Below are positions 58,159 through 64,000 of a stretch of DNA of 64,000 nt, piece by piece (position 1 is the first letter of the stretch; each line of letters opens with the position of its first letter). The DNA lies in NCBI GenBank assembly GCA_965247995.1, contig OZ252041.1, forward strand, positions 259,411-323,410, written 5' to 3'. Source of the DNA: Dehalococcoidia bacterium (lineage in GTDB: Bacteria > Chloroflexota > Dehalococcoidia > UBA6926). The translations under genes and the position numbers were made by a program. A model generated the notes under the pieces. That model made no database searches. It was not told the DNA's origin and saw only the letters and a list, made by a program, of their open reading frames with translations.

Positions 58159-59015
58159 TTGGGCACAGCTTCGGACGCGAGGTTGTTGACCAGATCCCCC
58201 CACTCAGCGATCGAGAGCGTCTGAGGGCGCCGACGCGGGTCGATCCCACACGTGCCGAGCCACCGTTCGACGTCCGGCGGGGCCATCTGCAAGCCGTTCG
58301 CGAGCGAGTTCCTGAGTTGTTTCCTCGGGTTCCCAAACCCGGCGCGCGCGACCCGGAACAGGTCGGGGAGCGCCTCGCGTTGTACAGCCGGCTCCGATCG
58401 GACATCCATCCGGACAACCGCCGACTCGACCTTCGGAGGGGGTCGGAAGCTCCCGGGGGCGATACGCCGGACGATCCGCGGCTCGGCGTACACCTGTACC
58501 GAGATCCCTAGCAGACCCAGTTGCCCCGGTATCGCACACATCTCCTGCGCGACCTCGCGCTGGACCGTAACGATCAAGCGGCGGGGCGGGAATCCCGACT
58601 CCAAGAACGCTCGAACGACCACCGCCGCCACGTTGTACGGCAGGTTCGCGACCACGAGATAAGGTTCGCCGCCCGCTAACGCGCGTGGGTCTTGGGCGAG
58701 GATGTCCCCTTCGACAACCACGACCGTATCCCACTGGCGGGTCGCCTCTCGGGTAAGGTCGACCATCGCATTGTCGATCTCCACCGCCACGACGCGCCCG
58801 GCCGCTTCGGCCAACCGAGACGTCAGCAGGCCAGTCCCGGAACCCACCTCAATAACCAGATCGTCCGGCTCGATCTCCGCGCTGTGCACAATGTCGTCAA
58901 GGACACCAGGGCTCACCAACAGGTGTTGGCCCAGACTTTTCTTTAGTCGGACCGGAGCGGGCTGGGGGTCAGTGCTCTTCTGCGCACGACCACGATGAGC
59001 GTTGGGCGGAGCCAA
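58155..59015 (-). CDS. rsmA: 16S rRNA (adenine1518/1519-N6)-dimethyltransferase RsmA/KsgA
   Basis: …LGQHLL…VIEVGSGTGLLT… SAM motif and the KsgA family layout. Confidence 0.88.
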   Translation of the reverse strand: MAPPNAHRGRAQKSTDPQPAPVRLKKSLGQHLLVSPGVLDDIVHSAEIEPDDLVIEVGSGTGLLTSRLAEAAGRVVAVEIDNAMVDLTREATRQWDTVVVVEGDILAQDPRALAGGEPYLVVANLPYNVAAVVVRAFLESGFPPRRLIVTVQREVAQEMCAIPGQLGLLGISVQVYAEPRIVRRIAPGSFRPPPKVESAVVRMDVRSEPAVQREALPDLFRVARAGFGNPRKQLRNSLANGLQMAPPDVERWLGTCGIDPRRRPQTLSIAEWGDLVNNLASEAVPK

Positions 59016-59727
59016 AAGTTCAATTCCCTAAGAATCGCGCGGGGTCACGGCGGGACCGAAGGAAGTAGATGAGGCCATGCACCCACCGTCGAATCGAGCC
59101 TCCGGAGCCTCGTTGCAGGACCAGCTCAGGCCAGGCGCTCCCGCGGCGCACGGAGAGCGCTCCCTACCGTTGCTTCCTTCCGGACCTGGCGGGGTTCGGG
59201 AGGCCGCCGCCGCACGGGACCCAGCCATCAACACCGTTCAGGCAACGCGCCACCCGGAGACCACAACCCTCGGGTGGGGATTCAGCCTCGCTGAAGCGGA
59301 TTGCGAGTACAGGACACCGCTAGCTCCCCACCTAGCATGACCTCGACCCCAGTATCCGTTTGACGCTCGTTCCGGTCAAACGCAAGGATTGCCTGTTCGA
59401 GAGGCCCCCTAGTTGCCACCGCCCGCTATACTGGCGCCATCACAGGATGAAAGGGGGTGGTTATTCGATGTGTTTACCTAGTAAGCTGCGACTCACTCTC
59501 TGCGAGGTGAGCGAAGGCTAACCGAGCGCCGGGTGCCATTCGGCGCTCGGAGGATCTGGATCGAAGAGAGGGGCGCTTTACGGCGCCCCTCTCGCATTTC
59601 AAGAGCGGTGGTTCCGTCCCAATCGGAAACGTTCCCGGCTCCATAACAGGTCCCGAGTGCGCTCGCGGTACACTCGTGCTATCTGCACCAGGGGGTCAGA
59701 CCGCTGCCAATCACAACGGCTGTCATC

Positions 59728-60597
59728 GTGGCTGGAGGCCGCGGGACGCGCTTCCTCCCGGCCACACTGGCCGCACCGAAGGAGCTCCTCCCGGTACTGG
59801 ATACCCCAATGCTCCACTACGTGCTGGAAGAAGCGGTGTCCGCCGGCCTGACCGACATTGTTCTGGTCAGTGCACCAGGCAAAGAAGCGTTGGAGCGGTA
59901 CGCATCGTTGCGAGGGGCGACCCTCGAAGCCGCTCTCAGGGGAGCACCGGACAACCCTGCCGTCGAGGCCGTTGCGCACACACTTCGACACGCTTCGATG
60001 ACGACGGTCATCCAACACGAGCCGCTTGGTTTGGGTCACGCAATATCGATGGCTGCCGACACGGTGGGCGACCAACCCTTCGTTACCTTCCTTCCCGACG
60101 ACATCGTCGTGAATCCAATACCCGTAGCCCGCCAATTGCTCGAGGCCTACGAAGCACGGCCGGGAATCCACGTTGCAGTCGAGCGCGTGTCCCGAGAATC
60201 GACGTCCGCGTACGGGATCGTTGACTGCACCGCCCTCCCCGAGACCTCGTTGGAGACGGGCCGGCTGTACGAAGTGCACGGGCTCGTGGAGAAGCCTGAA
60301 CCGCAAGACGCTCCGTCGGACCTTGGCATCGTTGGACGCTACGTCTTTCCCGCAGAGATCTTTCCGGCGATCCGCAGGACGCGACCCGGCGCCAAGGGCG
60401 AGATCCAGATCACGGACGCGATGGAGATCCTCCGCGCCGAGGGCGTGCCCGCATACGCGGTGGAATTCGAGGGCGTCCGCTACGACGTGGGGAACCCGCT
60501 GGGTCATATGCGCGCATCGATCGCGTTCGGGCTACGGCGCCCGGACATCGGCGCTGGGTTGCGGAAGCTCCTCCAGGAGACCCTCGAAGCTGACTGA
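59728..60597 (+). CDS. galU: UTP--glucose-1-phosphate uridylyltransferase
   Basis: …AGGRGTRFLPATLAAPKELLPV… signature. The only canonical in-frame start is GTG 59728, which places the start immediately at the G-rich loop, so the N-terminus is uncertain. Confidence 0.8.
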   Translation: MAGGRGTRFLPATLAAPKELLPVLDTPMLHYVLEEAVSAGLTDIVLVSAPGKEALERYASLRGATLEAALRGAPDNPAVEAVAHTLRHASMTTVIQHEPLGLGHAISMAADTVGDQPFVTFLPDDIVVNPIPVARQLLEAYEARPGIHVAVERVSRESTSAYGIVDCTALPETSLETGRLYEVHGLVEKPEPQDAPSDLGIVGRYVFPAEIFPAIRRTRPGAKGEIQITDAMEILRAEGVPAYAVEFEGVRYDVGNPLGHMRASIAFGLRRPDIGAGLRKLLQETLEAD

Positions 60598-60650
60598 CCC
60601 ATGCGCGGGAATCGAAACCGGTCTAAAATAAGGTCGAAGGACCCCGGTTT

Positions 60651-63149
60651 ATGGCACGCACACGATCCGCAAAACCCCAAAGAGGCCGGTCCCGAGCCGT
60701 TACGATCGCACGAGGCAGCCGCGCTGCCTGGCGCCGCCACGTCCTGTTCGCCAGTGGGTTGATCATCCTTCTTTCTGTCGTTCTCGTCGCGTGGCGTCCG
60801 CCCGAGCTAACAGAGGCCCTGGACCCAGCCTGGCGCTTCGGCGGAATTGGTCTATTCCAGTTTCTTCCAATCTGGTTCGGGGCGCTTTACCTCACAAGCC
60901 GAGCGTCTCCGCGGACCGCCCTCCGTTTGTGGCAGTGGTGGATCAGTTCGTTCTTGGCTCTCGCGGTGGTAGCCGCGGTCCCGAATGCCGCCGGTGGCAT
61001 GACCCTCGGCACGGCACCGCTCGACAGCGAGATCGGCGAATTCGTGTCCGGCGGTTCCGGATTTGCCGCATGGCTGCGACTTGTCGCGATCCTCGCCCTG
61101 GCGTTCATCGTGGTATTCCCGCGCCTCGTAGCGGCGGCCCTGTCGAAAGCAGCGGCCACCGCAGAGCGCCTGTTTGAATCGGCCGTCGAACGCGCGCGAA
61201 GCGCTGCCGAACGTCGTGCCGCAGGACGCGACCTCAGACGATCCGCGCCGACCATCGTGGACGCGACGCGCCCAAAAGAAAACGCGCGGGACTCCGAGAA
61301 CATCGACGACGCTGAATGGCTTGAAGACAACCCAGCCGACGAGGATGAAGCAGAAATCGCGCCGGTCCGGCCCCGAATCATCCTCTCCGACCAACCCGAA
61401 CCGGCAGACGAACAGCAGCCCTCACCCACCGGCTCCGACGATTTAGCTTCACCGACCGACGCCACTCCAGACGAGGTTACCCGCCCCCCCGAGCAGGCCG
61501 AGCGGGCGGCAGCTCTCCAAGCCCTTTCCGAACTCTCCGGTACCGACGATCCGTTCCGATCTCTGCCGAATGTCGAATGGGCTCAACCACCCATCGAAAT
61601 GTTCACTCCGGAACCGGACCACGAGATTGACCATGAAGCTGAACTAGCGACGGCCAGCGCAATTGAGTCGACGCTCGGCGAATACAACATCGAGGCCACG
61701 GTCACAGAGGTCAGGCCCGGACCCACGGTCACGCTCTTCGGCCTCAGACCGGGTTGGATCCGACGGTTCAGGGAAACGAAGGAGCGCGACGCGGAAGGCA
61801 ATCTGACAACGCGGCGTGACGAGGTCAGCAAGACGCGGGTCAAGGTGGACAGAATCGCCGCTTTGGACAGGGACCTAGCCTTGCACTTGAAGGCGCCTAG
61901 CATCCGAGTCGAATCGCCCATCCCCGGCACGAATTTGGTCGGAATAGAGGTCCCGAACTCCGACCCTCAATCCGTCCATATCCGAACGCTCCTCCAAAGC
62001 GACGCGTTCCGTCGCTTGGGTGCACGTACCAAGCTAGGCGTCCCGCTCGGAAAGGGCAGCGGGGGTGAGCCCGTCGTGGCCGACCTTGCCCGTATGCCAC
62101 ACCTACTGGTCGCTGGCGCGACCGGGAGCGGGAAGAGCGTCTTCGTCAACAGCATCATCGTGAGTCTTCTGTGGAACGCGACACCAAACGACGTTCGCAT
62201 GATTCTCATCGACCCAAAGCGGGTCGAACTCTCGGTCTACAACGGCATCCCGCACCTCATCACGCCGGTCATCGTCGAGACGAACAAGTCTCTAAACGCC
62301 CTGCGATGGCTCACCATGCAGATGGAAGAACGGCTAAGGATTCTCGCCGACGAAGGCGTACGCGACCTCGCGTCGTACAACAAGAAGGCCGCTCACAGCG
62401 AACGACTCCCCTACCTGGTGCTCGTTGTCGACGAGCTCGCCGATCTGATGATGACGGCAGGCAAGTCATTCGAGCAGGCACTCGTACGCCTGGCTCAGAT
62501 GGGCCGGGCGACCGGGATCCACCTCGTTGTTGCAACACAACGGCCATCGGTGGATGTGATCACTGGCTTGATTAAGGCGAACTTTCCGACGCGCGTGAGC
62601 TTCATGGTCACGGCGCTCGTGGACTCCCGGACAATCCTCGACACGGCGGGGGCCGAAAAACTCCTCGGGCGTGGCGACATGTTATACCTCCCGCAGGACG
62701 CGGCTCGGCCGAGTCGGATCCAAAGCGCGTTCATTTCCGAAGAGGAAGCGACCGAGGTATCCGCGTTCTGGCAGGGGCAGGCACACGGGTACGAGCCGCC
62801 AGAGTTGCCCGAGCTCTTGGTTCCCGAGGAACTGCTGCCTAAAGGCAAGAACGCCGGGTCCAACGACACGTTTTCGACCGCTGATCAGACCCCAACCAGA
62901 GGGATCAGCGCGAGCGGCGACGTCGAAGAAGCGGCGCGCGAGTTGGCCGAGATGTACAACGGGAAGATTTCAACCTCGCTTCTCCAACGGAGGCTCGGGA
63001 TCGGATACCCGCGCGCTGCGAGGCTCAGAGACTTGCTCGTCGAAGAGGGTTTGGCTACCGCCGAGATCCCCAACGCACCGGCGGAGACCGCAGGCCGTGG
63101 CCGTCGCGCGGCCCGGAAAGCCGCAGAGAAACGCGAATCGGACGGTTAG
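60651..63149 (+). CDS. ftsK: DNA translocase FtsK
   Basis: N-terminal TM segments, a long Pro/acidic linker, motor domain (Walker A AGATGSGKS, Walker B LVVVDE, …VVATQRPS…), and a C-terminal gamma winged helix. Confidence 0.92.
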   Translation: MARTRSAKPQRGRSRAVTIARGSRAAWRRHVLFASGLIILLSVVLVAWRPPELTEALDPAWRFGGIGLFQFLPIWFGALYLTSRASPRTALRLWQWWISSFLALAVVAAVPNAAGGMTLGTAPLDSEIGEFVSGGSGFAAWLRLVAILALAFIVVFPRLVAAALSKAAATAERLFESAVERARSAAERRAAGRDLRRSAPTIVDATRPKENARDSENIDDAEWLEDNPADEDEAEIAPVRPRIILSDQPEPADEQQPSPTGSDDLASPTDATPDEVTRPPEQAERAAALQALSELSGTDDPFRSLPNVEWAQPPIEMFTPEPDHEIDHEAELATASAIESTLGEYNIEATVTEVRPGPTVTLFGLRPGWIRRFRETKERDAEGNLTTRRDEVSKTRVKVDRIAALDRDLALHLKAPSIRVESPIPGTNLVGIEVPNSDPQSVHIRTLLQSDAFRRLGARTKLGVPLGKGSGGEPVVADLARMPHLLVAGATGSGKSVFVNSIIVSLLWNATPNDVRMILIDPKRVELSVYNGIPHLITPVIVETNKSLNALRWLTMQMEERLRILADEGVRDLASYNKKAAHSERLPYLVLVVDELADLMMTAGKSFEQALVRLAQMGRATGIHLVVATQRPSVDVITGLIKANFPTRVSFMVTALVDSRTILDTAGAEKLLGRGDMLYLPQDAARPSRIQSAFISEEEATEVSAFWQGQAHGYEPPELPELLVPEELLPKGKNAGSNDTFSTADQTPTRGISASGDVEEAARELAEMYNGKISTSLLQRRLGIGYPRAARLRDLLVEEGLATAEIPNAPAETAGRGRRAARKAAEKRESDG

Positions 63150-63161
63150 TTCCGGCGAACG

Positions 63162-63989
63162 CTACCCGGCAGAGATTTCGTGGGTAGGAGCCAAGTCCCC
63201 CAGCCGCTTCGTCACTCCGTCGGCGATCGCTTGATACCGTGTCCGCGCGTCGTCGTACTTCAAGACGGCAAGGTCTGCGCCAAACGAGGCAAACTCCTTC
63301 GATAGCTCGATCCGTCCGAGGAATGGCACGTCGAGGTCGCGCGCGAGTTGCTCACCCCCACCCCAGCCGAAAATATCCCCGGCCATGTTCTCAACCACCC
63401 CGAGGATCTCGATATTCATCTTCTTGATCATGTTGATCGACCGCTTGGCGTCCAACACTGCAAGGTCCTGGGGGGTTGTGACCACCACGAACCCGTTCAG
63501 TTGGAGTGTTTGCATGATCGTCAGGGGCGAATCTGACGTTCCCGGTGGCAAGTCAACCACCAAGTAGTCCAGATCCCCCCACTCGGTCATCTCTAAGAAC
63601 TGGTTGATCGCGTTGGTGATCATCGGGCCGCGCCAGATGATCGCCTCCTCCTCATTCTCCTGGACGGACGCCATCGAGATCGTCTTCACCCCGGCTCGTT
63701 CCGCGGGATGCAACACGCCGTCTACATACGTCGGCCGCCGCGACACCCCCATGAGCTTGTCCGCGTTTGGGCAGTCGATGTCCGCGTCCAGCAGGCCGAC
63801 CTTGTGTCCGAGTTGTGCCAGCGCGACAGCGAGGTTTACCGCGACGGTCGTCTTGCCGACACCGCCCTTTCCGCTATACACCGCTACACGGCTCTTGATC
63901 TGGTTCAGATTCGCGGTGATCTTCTTCCGGCGGTCCCACGTCTTCATCATTGAACCAAGACGTGCTTTCGCCTGATCGTTCATCTGCAT
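63162..63989 (-). CDS. Mrp/ApbC/NBP35-family Fe-S cluster carrier ATPase
   Basis: Deviant Walker A SGKGGVGKTT and a CPNADKLMG-type motif region. Confidence 0.85.
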   Translation of the reverse strand: MQMNDQAKARLGSMMKTWDRRKKITANLNQIKSRVAVYSGKGGVGKTTVAVNLAVALAQLGHKVGLLDADIDCPNADKLMGVSRRPTYVDGVLHPAERAGVKTISMASVQENEEEAIIWRGPMITNAINQFLEMTEWGDLDYLVVDLPPGTSDSPLTIMQTLQLNGFVVVTTPQDLAVLDAKRSINMIKKMNIEILGVVENMAGDIFGWGGGEQLARDLDVPFLGRIELSKEFASFGADLAVLKYDDARTRYQAIADGVTKRLGDLAPTHEISAG

Positions 63990-64000
63990 GGACGGTGTTC

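Noticed and set aside
59599-60507. 302-aa minus-strand ORF
   Set aside because: Antisense to galU, which has a clear signature, and the translation has no recognisable features.
1-64000. CRISPR arrays, IS elements, transposases, phage integrases
   Set aside because: No spaced direct repeats, terminal inverted repeats, DDE-transposase or tyrosine/serine-recombinase translations were seen in any frame.

Overview
High-GC (~65%) bacterial chromosomal segment. Bases ~2.8-24 kb carry a contiguous 'str-S10-spc-alpha' ribosomal-protein/translation superoperon running rpsL-rpsG-fusA-rpsJ-rplC...rplQ-truA-rplM-rpsI, about 33 genes, all on the + strand and mostly translationally coupled. tuf is absent from its usual position between fusA and rpsJ. 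A small S21 gene (rpsU) that the ORF track missed lies upstream at 1195..1368. Several r-proteins and RpoA carry long low-complexity extensions: L5 at the N-terminus, S5 at the C-terminus, L13 with about 145 extra aa, and RpoA with an acidic tail. L24, S14 and L36 are all of the zinc-binding type. Downstream is accessory and housekeeping DNA. It includes a phosphohexomutase, an AcuC-like deacetylase, an HtrA-like 'pseudo-protease' with a (TP)n linker and a substituted catalytic triad, and rpiB. A Cheo-type LexA box precedes an imuB / small W-rich ORF / dnaE2 mutasome cassette that lacks imuA. An amidase is translationally coupled to a small AtzG/GatC-like subunit. A zur / Zur-box palindrome / znuACB zinc-uptake locus follows. 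A tightly coupled 5-gene signalling operon encodes a STAS antagonist, a REC-PP2C phosphatase, an RsbW-like kinase, a LivK-type binding protein and a TorS-like sensor kinase. Further on are typA, lipoproteins, and a small low-GC island abutting the 3' end of a tRNA-Met(CAT) that carries a probably frameshifted unknown gene plus a HAD hydrolase. The window ends with an MFS transporter, ispE, rsmA, galU, ftsK and mrp/apbC. All calls are from reading the translated ORFs and the DNA itself. No database searches were run.
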